Shown: positions 43,520 to 58,562 of the stretch, in pieces
Position numbering within the stretch: the first letter of the stretch is position 1
Layout of the letters: every line of letters begins with the position of its first letter
DNA from: the human T2T-CHM13v2.0 reference genome, Homo sapiens
Direction: 5' to 3' (one strand)
Assembly (NCBI RefSeq): GCF_009914755.1
Contig: NC_060927.1
DNA: 64,000 nt
The notes under the pieces: model-generated
The model's input: the letters and a program-made list of their open reading frames with translations, nothing else
What the model was told of the DNA's origin: nothing
Databases searched by the model: none
Position numbers and translations under genes: made by a program

Positions 43520-44070
43520 TGGATAAATCGGCGTGCCATTTTTGATAACAATTTAGTAACATCTCCCAAGATGTAAAATGTGCAAATCCTGACACTTCCA
43601 TTTCCAGGTGCTTATACTAAGAAAATTATTAGACAAATGTGAAAAGATGTATGTTAAGCTATAGTTATTGCAACAATGGTTTTAATGGCAAAAAATTGAA
43701 GAGGAGTTTCATCTCCGTCAAAAGGGGATTGGTAAAATAAATCATAGCACATCCACACAATGGGATTTGATGTAGACATTAAAAGGGATGAGAATATGTC
43801 TATCTACCCACGAGGAAAAATGCCCATGTTACATTGCTGAGTGGAGAAAACAAGGAACAGAATACTCTGCTTCAAAATAATTTTGGAGAAAAGAATCATA
43901 TTTGCACATACATAAAAATGTCAAAAAGGATATAAACATCCTTTCTACAGTGGTAGTTAAATCTGGTGAGAGGACTAGAATGACTTGAACTTTTAACTTC
44001 CTATAATTTTTATTTTTTGGATTCATTTTTGGAATGAACATATATTGCTTTTTATCAAAAAGCTTAAAAT
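43520..44070 (+). mobile_element. L1ME-type 3' fragment
   Basis: ggattggtaaaataaatcatagcacatccacacaatgg and flanking old-L1 3' sequence. Confidence 0.65.
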
Positions 44071-46635
44071 ATTAGTGAGAGAGTTTCAATGGTAAAATTA
44101 GAAAGATACCAAACCACGTTTCCAGTTTAAGAAAAAAGAAGGGAGAATAAGTAGGAAAATATCATGAGGCCCTTTTCCTTTTAAGGGTCTTAATCCAGTA
44201 AAATGTCTAGGCCAGCATTTCAGAATTATACTTCATGAAACACTGTCTTCTGAAGATACTCCTTGGACAAAAGTGTCCACTGTTTGTTATGTTCTCCTCC
44301 TGGAGATTTGCAGTGCTTGTAAGTATATGAAAGTTCTGGAAAGATTTGCGTGTAAGAAATCTGATTTTGTTTAACTAAAATTTTCCAGACACTTTTTTTT
44401 TCGACAGCATCTACCATACCTATTCAGATTACATGCATTGAGAAGCATGGGCCAAGATAATTCTGGAATCCTCTGTTCATCCTTTTATCTCTCACTTCTA
44501 CTGAGTTGACACATACTAGGTTCTCAGAAAATACTTGTTTAATTACTAAGGAAACGAGGAATGAAGATTCTGGTGGAATCTTAAACTGTTCCTTAGTTGT
44601 TACTACTTGTGTGTGAGTGTGTGTGTACATATGGATGTATGTGCATTTTTGTGTGTGTGTTTATAATTTCGAGATTTCTCAAATGGAGAGTGTCATAAAC
44701 ATTATTTTGTCAGTATAACATACATGTATTATGTGTGTATCTTTATGTAGATATTTGACTCTATTCAATTTTGACAGCTACTCCATTCAAAATAATTCAA
44801 AGACTATACTTACAAATGTAGTAAAAAATTAAATCCCTAAGGTTTTCAGTCACAGGTTTGGGGATTTTTCTCCTCTATAAGTTTAGAAAAGACTATAGGA
44901 GTTGTCTTGAGGGACTGAAGAGGCTTCACTTGGCAAATAGGGAAAGGACTTTTACTTTCCAAATCTTTTGATATCAAGAGAAAAAGTCACTTTGCCTTTG
45001 TAGCAGAGAGAAAATAACACCAGACAAGCACTTTTTCCTTTCTTTGGGAATAAAGAGAAGATGAATTTTGTTTAAAATTTGTATAACCTAATTGAATTCC
45101 CCAAAGATAATAACCTCAAAGCACTTAGGGAACTCTGTTGGCCCATTATTTCTTTCTCTTTTCCCAACTTCATATAATAAAGGTCCAAAAAAGAAAAGAA
45201 AAATGATATTATCACAGGGTTTCTCCAAGAAAATGGATAGGAATGCTGAGGGATCTGCCTATTCATTAAGCAGATCTTTCTTTAACGCAGGGAAGGAGTC
45301 AAACCAAGTTGTTCTCTGAGTCTGCAAGGGAGGAAGACCTCTCACATCCTTAGGTGTGGCATTGTTCTACTGATGTAATTACTGGCATTTACCTTTACTA
45401 TGCAGTTACTAGACCTTCTTTTCTAGGTGTGCTTTCATATCACACAAGAATAAATCCAAGCTGAATCTGTGTACATTCAGAGGACTTTTCTTATTTTCCA
45501 CTTTTGTGGATGAAGAATGGACCAATTGATTCACATACTTTCAAGTGAATACAGAATGTCAGCTCCTAGATTTAGATAAGCTAATACACAGGCAGGGGGT
45601 AAAGCACCTCAGTGTTCCTGAAATTAACAGTATACTGCATTAGGATCAGCAGGCCAGCAGGTCTTACTTCTCATTGAATTAATATTGGGTATGTATTCAA
45701 TAATTATTTATTGATCATCCTAGCTTTAGCCGAGTGAGAACTTTACATTCTTTAAAATTCAAAAAGTGGTAGAAAAACATCACATTAAGCCTTTTTAAAA
45801 AATATCAAATGGTAATGAGGAAAGAGCACCAGAGTAGGAGTCAGAGGCTGGAGCTTTCAAGATCTCCTTTAAGTTGTCAAATTGCAAAGCTCCAGATGAG
45901 AGCGTGGGAAGGAATTCAACAATTTTCATGTTGTACCTGGTAGCTCCAAGAGGGGGATCCATGTGTTCCATAAACAGTGAAGTATATTCTGCCAAATAAG
46001 TTTTAAACTACCCAAGGAACTGGTTTATTAACTTTATCTATTTGACATAGCAGGATTCAAAATTACCTTTTCTTATGTAAAAAAGCATTCTGCTAAAACT
46101 ATTTGAAAACTTTGTGGATGATTTCATAGGTAGGCAAAGCAAACACCATCATGGACCAGGCAGGTGACAAAATGATTGTTCAGATATTAGGAAATGCTGA
46201 ATATTGCAAGGCAAGCCAGAAATCTAAAAATTGATGTGTAATTTTCTTACCTTGGAAATGTCAGGTGGGCCAAATAAATCAAGACTGATGGCTCTATCCT
46301 ACCTGCAGGCTGTCAGTGCATAACCTCAGACAAGACTACCTCCAACTCTAACATTTTATGATTTCTAATGATTTTATCAAATATCTTTATGCAAGCAGAG
46401 TAGAGAGAGAAGCGAGGGAAGTGGAATCAAAAGGGGATGTTCTGTGCACATGTGTTTTGACCTACTTTAAAAATATGCCCATGGTGTAGTCCTGTACTGA
46501 GTTATACCCAGCAGACTAAAACATTGTGTCTGTAAGCTAAATGGTATTACTGGGGCTCTGGTAAACAGCTTTGATATAATGAAGACAATAGTTGATTCAA
46601 TAGCCTCATTTGAATCTCAGCTAAAAATCAATTAA

Positions 46636-46956
<321 letters not shown>

Positions 46957-47631
46957 TAATTTTCTTCTTGATTATGGTTGGGAAAAAACAGTAATCAGCA
47001 AATCTAATAAAACAGAAGCATCAAGCAGCATAGAGATGCATATGTAAAACTCTTAATTTAATACTTTATGAAAGTTCTCCAAATCTAGTCTGCAGCCCAC
47101 TAGTGAGTTATAAATTTATCTTGAAACCCAAGATTCTCTTTTGGGAAAATGATTTATGATATCATATATATTCATTTTGTCTATGAATAAAGGCTACTTA
47201 TTAGTAAAACAACTGAGTTATCATTTTGCTATAAATTACATGTTAACTAGTGTTTACTGAACTTCCTTAATTCAGTATTCTTTAACTGGCTGTCAGCTCT
47301 TGGAAACATTGCAAAGTTTCTGTATGCAAAGAATTAGAATTCATGCAATGTGGAGAAGGATAATTTGTTATCAGTGTGTCATGAGTGTTGTCTTGAGTTA
47401 TTAGTGATTTTCAATTGCTGTGGTCGTTGTTTTTTAATTATAAATTAGTAGTGGTTTAGTTTCATCATTATCAATTAAGTTTGCTGTGGACGATTGGGTT
47501 AACCCTGTAGTCTGTAATGATGGATATTTACATATTTTGGATTTTAAATTTGCTGAAGACTAGACTTTAAGACATTGCTTAATTGTGGTTCAGAAAATAT
47601 TTTATCTATATTCCTATTGCTAAAACATGTA

Positions 47632-48078
47632 TAGTCATGTGCTGCATAACGATGAATGGCTTATACCACAGTGGTCCCATAAGATTATAATACCATATTT
47701 TTACCGTACCTTTTCTAGGTTTAGTTAGGCTTTTTAAACTTTTGCTTTAGGTTCAGAGGTACATATGCAGGTTTGTCATATAGGTAAACTTGTGTCATGG
47801 GGGTTTGTTGTATAGATTATTTCATCACTTAGGTACTAGAGTTAGGTTTAAATACACAAATACTTATCGTTGTGCTACAATTTCCTACAACATTCTGTAC
47901 CCTAATGTGCTATACAGCTTGTAGCTTAGGAGCAATAATCTATATCATATAGCCTAGGTGGGTAGTAGTCTATCTCATCTAGGTCTGTGTAAGTACACTC
48001 TGATGTTCACACAATGACAAAATCACCTAATGATGTATTTCTCAGAACATATCCCTGTTGTTAAGCGATACATGACTG
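47632..48078 (+). mobile_element. Tigger3a-type DNA transposon carrying a ~110-bp L1PA 3' end (47731-47839, minus)
   Basis: TIRs (t)agtcatg...catgactg with TA flanks; agttagg duplicated around the L1 piece. Confidence 0.88.
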
Positions 48079-51000
48079 TATTTGTAATTATCTTAAAATT
48101 TGCTTGTATGGTGATGTATGGTGACATTGTTGGTGACATTCACTGCCTGCAAACCTCTGCAACATATTCTCATGACCCATAATATTTATCTTATTTTTTG
48201 GTTCATAGGGCATCATTTTATAATATAAGAGCATGTTAATAGGTCTTTCTTATTGTATGAAAAATAATTTGTGATTCATACAAATTTTCTTCTAAGTATT
48301 TATTACTTAAGCACTTTTCCACTGGAAAGTGAAGACAGGAATTAGATATTTCAACTACTGAGTGTGCTGTGGTCAAGGAAAGTTTGAACACCACTGTTCT
48401 ATAGAGAAATGGTAACTAGAGGTCAGCCCTTTATAAAAATTGCGACTTTAAAAATATGTGGCATAGCAAAAAGTATAAATAAATCAATAAATCCCCTATT
48501 GTGAAATAAAATGATAAGATATAAGACATGAGTACATGTTACTTGGAAGCTTCCCGGATGGGGGTCTTATTAAAATGAATTGGTTTTGTAGCTTTTTACA
48601 TCTCTTTATCTGATGAACATGCAAGATGCCACCTACTGGACAGGTGCTTGAGAATCTAGGTCACTGGGTGAACATTTGTAGGGCAACACTTTTGACAGTT
48701 GCTTGCAGAATTGTTTAGAAGTAAGAGCAAATTTATGGCGTGCATGTTGCCAATCTCCAGACTTCTATCTATCACCAGCTTAGGTTAATCAGTCACAGCA
48801 GTTGCTCACACAGAGCCTAGATGTGATTTTAGAATCTTTTTCAATCTTTCTCCAGGCACTCCCTGTCAAATGATTGACACTGGCATGCAAGTTGAGAGTC
48901 ATTGACCATCCCTTATGTGGGTTAATTTGCTAACCATCTTCAGAGTATCTCTTCTATCCAAAAAATGTGTGCCATGAAGTATTTTTCATTAAGAAAGAAG
49001 AAAATGACCTAAGTTTAATTAAATCAAATTGAAATTTAAAGAGCCACATGGGTCCAATAGCTACTGTTTAAGATAGTGCAGCTTTAGACAGTTCTGTCAA
49101 CTTCTGAGAGTTGAAAAACTTACTTTGTATTACCTCCAGAAAGTTTTGAGTCCTCGCCTGATTCTTCTCTAACTCTGTGTCTAAGATGCAAAGCTGCTTG
49201 TGTTATGGGTCATAACTGAATAGGGTACTATGTAATCATAAAGCAGGAAGCAATTCATTCTGAGCAGAGAAGATTTGGGAAGCCCTCATGAAGGAGGTGA
49301 TTTTGTGTTGGACTTTGAAGGTTGGGTAGGAAGTCAGCTAGAAGGAACAGAAGGGTGGTTTATTTAACACAAAGGAACAGAACAAGTAAAGACTTAGAGA
49401 CAGGTAAGTGTAAAAGGATGGGGTAGCAGACCTTGATGGCTAGAGGCCCTGCACTAGTTAGAGAAACTTTTGTATCATTCCAATTAAAGGGAAAACAAGA
49501 TTTTATTTCTTAATTACTTAGTTTTACAATCTCAAGGCTGCCTTATCAGTGTACATTGATGATCACAGATGGAGATGGATGGGAAGAGCCCCAGTGTCAC
49601 AATGAGAGTCTCTATGGAACACAAGTCAGCCAATTGTCAAAGAAGTGGCAACCATATTCTGGCCAGACTCTCTGAGCCCTGTGGGGCCTTTCACACCTTT
49701 GAATTATTGTTATCTTTGTGCAATGAAAGGCAAGATGTGTCATAACTGTTGATTTCAAACATCTGGTTATTGTATTAAAGGAAGCTGCATAACTCTAACT
49801 CAAACCTAAGATAGTAATTATTTTTAACTTACAACAAACTTAATATTTATATCCAACAAATGGTTTATTGCACCTCCTAGGGGCGGAGGACTACAGTTAC
49901 CTAGTAGTAATAGAAATGACACTTTACTATAGTCCCTGGTTTAACTCTGATTTCCCTACCACATCACAAGCTATGTGAGGGTAAGGAACCCAGCAGTCTG
50001 ACAAATGCCTGAAACAGTGTGGCACACAGTGAGGGCCAAATAAATACTTGCTAAATGAAGGAACGATCTTAAGCATTTGATATTTCAGTTAAACCTCACA
50101 ATATCCTCATGAGGTAGAGCATCTTCCCATTTTTCTAGTAACAAAAATGTAAAAGAATATGTTAATGGATTTGTTTAAGGTCACCTAGCTTGGGAGGGCA
50201 AGTTGGGAGTTTTGCCAGCTTCTGAATAATGGCTCGGTTTACTGAGTGCTTGCTGTATACAAGCCTTAACATGGGATGTTTCTTATGATATGACATTTGG
50301 TCTGAACCAAAACCCTACGTAGATGGTACTGTTATTCCCATTTGTACAAAACATTGCAAAATGTGCTTAATAAGTATAAACATAAAAGGAAAACTTAGGT
50401 TGTGTAACAATTCTCAGTCAGGTTTCCATTACAAACAAGTACTACTTTTAGGAATATCAGCAATCTACTCTTGGTCAATTGAAATTAAATAACAAATTTC
50501 TATGTTGAGGAGCATTGTTCTACATTAGCCAGGCATCTGTTTCTTGGGCAGTTAGCTTGTTGTATATCATGTAATAGTTTTGAGTACTGCAGCTGAATAA
50601 TGCTTGATTCTTAATTTCCCTATGCAAACAGGCCTGGCTGAAAGCATGGTTTTTTTCCTTTCTGGATTAACAGTGCCTAATTTTCAAGCATTTTTTACAG
50701 AGTTATTGTTTCCCAATAAATTCTTTTAGACTCCATAGACCCTTTTGTGCCCCAGTCAGGGAAGCAGCAGCATAGGATAAATCTACATTTATTAGACTTG
50801 CTCTTAGTGTAGATTTTTTGGTTTACTTAAAATGAAGTTATAAATCATTCACACTGGAAAAGAATGCTCTCCAACTGCAATTTAACTTTTTCATAAGATT
50901 GTTTGGCATTTATCATGTTGAGACTTTATAAATTATCTAGAATATTGTATAATGGGTTGACCTTTCTGGTAAGTGATTTGATCATTTGCAGCAGTGTCTT

Positions 51001-51128
51001 TTTGCTAAAATATAGAATATGCTGTCTTTCAAATAAAACTTGCTAGACCCATAGCCTAATAACATGTTAGGTAGAAATTGCCTATATAATCAGACCTGAA
51101 ATTTCCCTTTCCAATTCTTGTCATCATC

Positions 51129-51167
51129 AAAAACAAACAACAACAACAACAACAACGAAAACAACAC
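51129..51167. repeat. Imperfect (AAC)n tract
   Basis: Direct reading. Confidence 0.85.
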
Positions 51168-52273
51168 CCCTGTCTTCCAAAGATAGCCCGCCGGCCAGTG
51201 ATGGCAAATTCCTGACACACAGCCCATTCTTCCTATGATTTTGCTCTAGCAGACATTGCTGATCAATTACTATATGCTTTGTGTTTGAACCCAGATTCAA
51301 CCTCTGAATCCTTCCAAGCACAGTATAGTTCTCCAGTCATTGAGTAATTAAATGAGACAGGAATAAATTCAGAAACAACCAGAATAACTCCTCTTAGAAG
51401 AATCATCATCCAGCACTACTATATGTCACATACTGGGCTAAGTGCCCTACATGGACTTACTTGTTTTGTTTTGAGATGAAACATGTTGTCTGTTCCTGGG
51501 ATAGGCTGTTCTTTTATGCAATTCAGTTGTCCCATCAAAATGGGCCACGTAGCATCTACTTACATCTTTGGAAATTGGGCAAAGAGTTGATTTGCTTGCA
51601 GGTCTTTTACCTGCCTTCACCCTCTTTGCTACCAGTGACTCTGGGTCTGAGGAGTCTGCAGGGACAGGGGAAACTTGGTATACTAGGCCAACCGGGAGTT
51701 TACATCCCATCTCTATCATTATTACACTTATTTGCTCCAGGCGTGGGCAAGTCAGTGTAACTTTCTCTGCCTCACCCATAGAGTGGGGGTTTGTAAAACC
51801 CCTACCTTGCCAGCTTAAGTAAGACATAGCGATAATGTGTATTCTGTAAGAAATAGAGACAATGTTTGGTCTACACTTGCCATATAGTAGGTGTTTAGGA
51901 CATGTTATCTTCTTATATTTTATGTAAATATGTGAATGTCAGAGCAAGGATGGAACGGATAAACTGCCTACTACTAACCTGTATGCTGATAATATTTTAT
52001 TATATGAAAAGATGCACATAGAAGTTTTACAACTTGGACTTATTTACTCACCTATTATCATACCTGAGTCTTCTGATAATAAAATCCATGTACTCATCAC
52101 AGTACATGATATAGATTTTTATGGTTAATCTCTACTATGGAATACATAATAGTTGGCCACATGTTCTAAGTCAATATAAACAGGTCAATGCTTATTGTAT
52201 CCTTCCTTCCAAAAGTACATTGTGTACGTAATTACAGGTGAAGGTGGTCTAGTTAAGAAGTTTAGTGGTGTCT

Positions 52274-52587
<314 letters not shown>

Positions 52588-54178
52588 GTTTAGTGGTGTC
52601 TGGTGTCTGTGTGGTGTCACTAATAGGGAAGTTTGATTAATTAATGAAGATACCTGACCAATAACTCATTAAAGGGAAATAATCCAAAAGTTAGCACTGG
52701 TGTTTTGTGACCCTCAGACTGGATTATAATTGTGCTATAGTTCTATTAAAAGAGCTACTAGTCAGCTGAAATCTTACAGTGTGTATCCACACTTCTTGGG
52801 ATGTTTTTTTCTTTTCAATAATTGTGTTGTTCTTACAATAATCCATCACCCTTTTATCATAGGATTCAGTCACTAAAGGAAGAAATCCAGGCATATTCTA
52901 ATAAACACAATGGTAGCTAAATGTCCATCCCAAGGTATCATATGTGTGTTTCATCTATACTGCTGTATGTACCCTGTATTTTCTACTCTGAATACAAAAT
53001 GACATCTATGTGTATTAAGAATTACATAACTAACAAGGTGTGTACTATTTTGAGCTCTAGCAAGAAAGAAAAGAAGAAGGAAAAAAAGAAGTTATCAGTA
53101 GTCAGTATCTTATGATTTAAGACTCCAGGGAATGTGAGCTAGTGTGAGAGAGTAGCCTATATAGTTAAAACCATGGTTTAAAGACATTATAAGATGATGG
53201 TAAATTTGCAATTAGTGTTTCAGGGTCTCCTAAGAATTTGTACATGACAGGCATTAGCTCTCTACTGAAGAGGGCAAAAACCATATAGAAGCCTTACCAA
53301 GTGCTTTGATCAAACTTTATTATCTCTTTTTTACTGTCCTCATTAACATACTTCAAAAACGCTGTTAAGTATTTCTGGCAAGCAGAGCATCAGAGTAATT
53401 TTACAGTAGTGTAAAGGATTTATTAATTATAATCTTTTCATTAGTCTATTTATATTCAATTGTGACATTAATAGGTTGCCAAAACAAACTAGATTTAATT
53501 GTATTTAATTAAATTGTTGAAAGTCACTAAGGGTAGTTTATTATTATTGTAAGCAGAAAACCCTATTGATGTACTTGTTTATGTGAATAAGATCTGGTGT
53601 AAAGTTCTTTCTACAGGATACGGTATTATTCATCAACAGGAAACAATATAAAAATGCTAAGTCAAGAAAGTTGTCATCATAATAGAACATTTGGAGGCAG
53701 AAGAATCAGATGGTATTTCTAAACTTATATCCAGTGTTAGGTAAATGAAGTGGGGTTCCTGACAGGACAGACATTCTTGTCTTTCTACTATGGCCCCTGG
53801 GTAACTCCAATAGTATCTGTCCATCCTTCTTTCCTTTCTTGGAGGGGCTGTTGGTGGGGGGAAGGGTCTAAGACACAGGTCAAAGTTTCAGTGAAAAGTA
53901 GTGCTTCAAATATCACCTGAAGAAGTAGGAATGGGTTATGCCAAGAGTAAGGGATGGAATTTGAGTAGCGAAGAATTCTAGGCAAAGAAACTTACATTGT
54001 CTTTAGTCAGGAGGTAGAATGTGAGAAAACCAGAATTAGAGAAAATCAGAAGAATACAAGGGAAAATGCATTGGTTTATCATGAATTAATGCATGTAAAT
54101 GCATTGAGGGTAGGAGAAGACAAAGTGGAAGCTGGCTTTGAAAAAAAATAGCACTTTTCTCCTTCAATTATGTATAAG

Positions 54179-54232
54179 ATTTATATATATATATTATATA
54201 TAATATATATATATTATATATATATATATAAA
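54179..54232. repeat. Interrupted (TA)n tract
   Basis: Direct reading. Confidence 0.92.
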
Positions 54233-54239
54233 ATTAAGA

Positions 54240-54490
54240 TTTGTATTAAGTGTTTACTATGTGCCTGGCCCTGTGCTAATCATTCTATATTATTTCATTA
54301 ATCCTTATATTTACCACTGTGAGAAAGTTACTCTTGTTTTTTTTTTTTTTTTTACTTTGTACCAGTGAAGGAAATCAGGCTCAGAGAGGTTAAATAACTT
54401 GTTCAAAGTGCACAGTTAGTAAGTGGTAAAGCCAGTATTTGAACTGGGGTAACCTGATTCCAGATCCTATGCTGTTATAGACTACAACAC
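54240..54490. mobile_element. MIR
   Basis: ggaaatcaggctcagagaggttaaataacttgttcaaagtgcacag. Confidence 0.8.
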
Positions 54491-54544
54491 AGAAATTTTC
54501 TCTGCCAGTATCATTAGTTTTGTTTGTGATGGACAGCGTTAAGA

Positions 54545-54925
54545 TGGAAGTAAATGTATGTCAGGATATGCTAGGTGATGCTATGGTAACCAATCAGCCC
54601 CATATCTTTATGCATACTTCTTTCTTGCTCACGCCACTGTCTGCCAAGGTTGGGTGGGGGCTGTGCTCTACATTGTCTTCAATCCAGAATTCAGAGCAGC
54701 ATCTTTTTGAAACAGTGTTGTTCACCGTGGCAGAAAAAGGAGAGTTTTGTAGGTTCAACATCAAATAAATGCCTTGACTTGGAAGTAACTTGCATCACAA
54801 CTCACTGGCCAGACCTTGGCGTATGGCTTAACCCGGTAGCAAGGGGCCATGAAGTACAGTTCTACCATGTTCCTGGAAGGCAGACAGCAAGAGCTATTTG
54901 TTGAACAGCATTCATGATATGGCCA
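54545..54925. mobile_element. MLT1-type LTR, degenerate
   Basis: tgtcaggatatgctaggtgatgctatggtaac...ctcactggccaga. Confidence 0.55.
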
Positions 54926-56174
54926 CAAAATACCTTAGTGGTTAGAAAATGATATTTTCTTTGTGACGGTACTCTTTCATTCTTAGATATCCAAGCTTAG
55001 ATATCTTAGCTTATTTCAGTATTTGTTGGATACTGAAATATCCAATGTTGTATCAGTTTACTCAGTCTATAAAGAAGGCAAAAGTGTAGATTTGAGAAGG
55101 GAATAATCCAGTGTGTGAATCAAAAAAATAACATGACATCAAGCTTGTTTTGTTTTATTTACATATAGCTGACTTTTGAATGAATTGTCATATGGCCCAG
55201 CTCCTCATTTAAGTAAAAATGAAGCAAACCTTTGAGGCTATGGAACTTTCTTTCCTTTTCTCCATCAAATCTCTTCACCATAGCAAATACCTAAGGGTCT
55301 TGCTTGCTTACTCTCTCCTGCCCTCTCTCCACCTTCTCATTTGTGAATCTAATCTGTGAACTGATTCCCAGTTTTAAGAAGAATTGCCACCTTGGAATAA
55401 AAGGTCAAAGCATTCAATACTACACTGTCTGGAATGCTGCTGTTTGCTTCAGATGAAACTTTTATAGGGCATATTCAGTAAGTAGGTGATATTTTTATAT
55501 TATCCTAAGTATTTTTTATTCTCCTTATTTTTACTTCCAGAACTGTATCGTTTCTAGTAATAAATCAGTTATGGATCAAATGCATCCATTTGTCATGGAT
55601 GAATGCCTATACATGCCTTGATGATGATAGGAAACAAAACCTTGTAAGGGTGGATGCTGGCTTTGGAAGAAAAAAATTAATGAAGCTTGGAAAACAGTGA
55701 TAGCAGGGGACATTGCAATTTTAGGTGTTAAGTGACTTATTTTCAAACCCTACGAGTATGGCAATATTTTTCCTCTCCCCCTTCCTTTAATTAAACATTC
55801 TTGTAGTGCAGAGTGACCCCAGCTGAAGAAAAATTGTGTTAGGGAAAGTTAGGCTTCCTAAGCGCTGTTATTTAATAAACAGTCTTTCTTATTAGCTAAA
55901 ATATTTGCCTTGATGGGCAGAGTACATTGTGAGGCCAAAATAAGAGAAGAAAAAATGGGAAGGCTAGCCTGGTTTACCAACACTTCTGTGTCACAAACAT
56001 CAATACCAAGTGCTGCTTTCTTGCTGATGGTTCAGGAAGATGGCATTTACATATCAGGTTTAGTTTTGTGAAACTTAGCTTTAATCTCTCACCTCCCATC
56101 CCTTAGGGGCAGAATAAGGCTGAGGCAATTATTCTGTCAAGATTTTAAAGGACTCTCTAGACCATCTCCTTAAT

Positions 56175-56175
<1 letters not shown>

Positions 56176-56210
<35 letters not shown>
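56176..56210. repeat. (CA)n microsatellite
   Basis: Direct reading. Confidence 0.97.
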
Positions 56211-56212
<2 letters not shown>

Positions 56213-56449
56213 ATACATTGTTAAGGTATTTAACAATCATATTTCGGAAATAAAGAGTTGGAAGTTGCCTTAGCAACCATGAAGACTGTGCTTTCACTGG
56301 ACACTTCATTTGCCTCAAAACCTCCTCTGTCAAGTGGTTGTTGATTCACTGGTTGGATTTTCTCCCATATTGTTTTGGGGCATACTGAAATTGGGGATGA
56401 CTCCTTTCTCTGGCCTGGGCAAAATGTTTTTAATTATAAAACAGATCTT

Positions 56450-57425
56450 CCCTAGTCCCCACACCTATTCCATCCATACCTTTCTTCATTGCAGTGAATA
56501 GCAGCTCCATCTTTTCCATTCCTTACTCACATCGAAAACCTAGAAATTGCCAACTACTGTCTTCAGATTTTACATTCCATTCTTCTCAGATTTTACACTC
56601 CATTCTTCTCAGATTTTACATTAAATTTATTGGAAAAGCTATCTTTCTCTAACTTCATGATATATTCAGACTCCAACCACTTCCCACCACCTCTATTGCT
56701 GTCACCCTGGGCCGAGCCACAACTTCCTCTACGTGGATTATAGGGGAAGCCTAGGGTGGTCTCTTGCTTTCACCTTTGCCACAGTCTATATTCTACAATC
56801 TATATTTTTCACACAGCAGGCAGATGGTGAGGTTAAAAAGTTAGTCAGGTCTTGTCAGTCATCTGTTCCAAACCCACACACAGTGGTTTTATTATTTCAG
56901 GGTAAGAGTCAAAGTCCTTGCAAAGGGCCCTAATAATATGCCCTCAACTTTTACCCCCATTATCTCCACAGCATCTTCTCCTACTTCACTCTTCTTTGCT
57001 CACTCTCCTTTATCCACACTGGGCTCCTTGCTGGCCCTTCAAAGATAGGCACACATCTGTATTCATTGGCTCTTGCTCTGTTTGGAATGCTCTTCCCCAG
57101 ATGTCTACGTGATATACGTTCTCCCTGCTCCAAGTATCTGCTCAGATATCACCTCCTCTGTGAGGTCTTCCCTTACCACTTTATTGATTTTAATTTCACC
57201 CTCATCTCAGAACTGCACATCTCCATTCTCCTGGTCTATTTTTGCAGTAGCATTTGCTGCCTTTCACCTTACTATAACTCACTTACTTACCAAACTTGTC
57301 TCCCTCCACAGGAATGTAAGTTCCACGAAGGCAGGGATTGTCATCAGTTTTGATCCCTGTTATGTCAGAGGGCAAAAAGAAGGCTCTTAATAAATATTTG
57401 CTGACTAAATGAATGAATAAATAAA
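56450..57425. mobile_element. L2 3' region
   Basis: ccacttcccaccacctctattgc...gaatgtaagttccacgaaggcaggg...taaatatttgctgactaaatgaatgaat. Confidence 0.8.
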
Positions 57426-57849
57426 AGAAAAATGTCAGGACCACATGAGATAGAGACCATTCCTTTTATTTCCTATCAAATCTAACGTAAGTATTTACAT
57501 AATTCCTCCACAGCCTTCAGCTCTTTGCTAAAAATGAAATTCCTCCCTTGCTTCAGGGGCCCTGGTCCTCTGAACTGCATGACTCTTTGGTCATGGGAGT
57601 GAGGGCAGGGGTTGGCCCACAGACGAATCCTTGTGAAGATGAGGTGACTGGTCCAGCAGCGGGGGAATGAGAGATCTTTTGCTGCTAAGGCTGATATTAT
57701 GGCCAATGGAGAAATTCCATCCCCACCGAGAGGGTCCATTTTCTCCCAATCGCCTAACAGAAATCCAAATGGCAAGTTACTATGATTTTCAAACACAGAA
57801 GAATTTTATAGAGAGACTTTTCAGATTTAAATGTCCTTTTCTTCTGATG

Positions 57850-58120
57850 TAATAATAATACCCAAAACTAATGGAGCCTTTATCATGTACTGTGCCCTAC
57901 CCTAAGCACTGCAGACCCACACCCACATATATACATCTGTATATATTATTTAACCCTGACAATGACCTGAGGAGGTAGGAACTTTTATTATCCCAGTTTT
58001 TCAGATGAGGAGATAGAAACTCAAAGTAAATTTCCCAATGTCTCACAGCTAGTAAAGGACAGAGCTAGGATTCAAACCCAGGCAGTCTCAGTCTGCAGTC
58101 TGTGCTCCTAACTACTGTCC
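57850..58120. mobile_element. MIR
   Basis: ttattatcccagtttttcagatgagga...cacagctagtaa...ggattcaaacccaggcagtct. Confidence 0.85.
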
Positions 58121-58180
58121 TGTATGTTCACTTCTATGTACCTTGTTTCTGAAAAAGAGTACACAGTTACCTCAGGAGGT

Positions 58181-58562
58181 TGTATTAATTCATTCTTGCA
58201 TTGCTATAAAGAAATATCTGAGCCTGGATAATTTATATAGGAAAGAGTTTTAATTGGTTCAGGGTTCTGCAGGCTATATAGGAAGCACAGTGGTTTCTGC
58301 TTCTGGGGAGGCCCCAGGAAGCTTCCAATCATGGCAGAAGGCAAAGGGGAAGCAGGCATTTCACATGGCTGGAGTAGGAGGAAGAGAGAGAGGGGGGAGG
58401 TGGCACACACTTTTAAAGAATCCAAAACTGAGTATCATGACGATGGTACCAAGCAGGGATGGTATTAAACCACAAGAAACCACCTGCATGATCCAATCAC
58501 CTCCCACCAGGCCCCACCTGCAACACTGGGAATTGCAATTGAATATGAGATTTACGTGGGAC
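58181..58562 (-). mobile_element. MSTA/THE1-type MaLR LTR
   Basis: tgtattaattcattcttgcattgctataaagaaata...catgatccaatcacctcccaccaggcccc. Confidence 0.9.
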
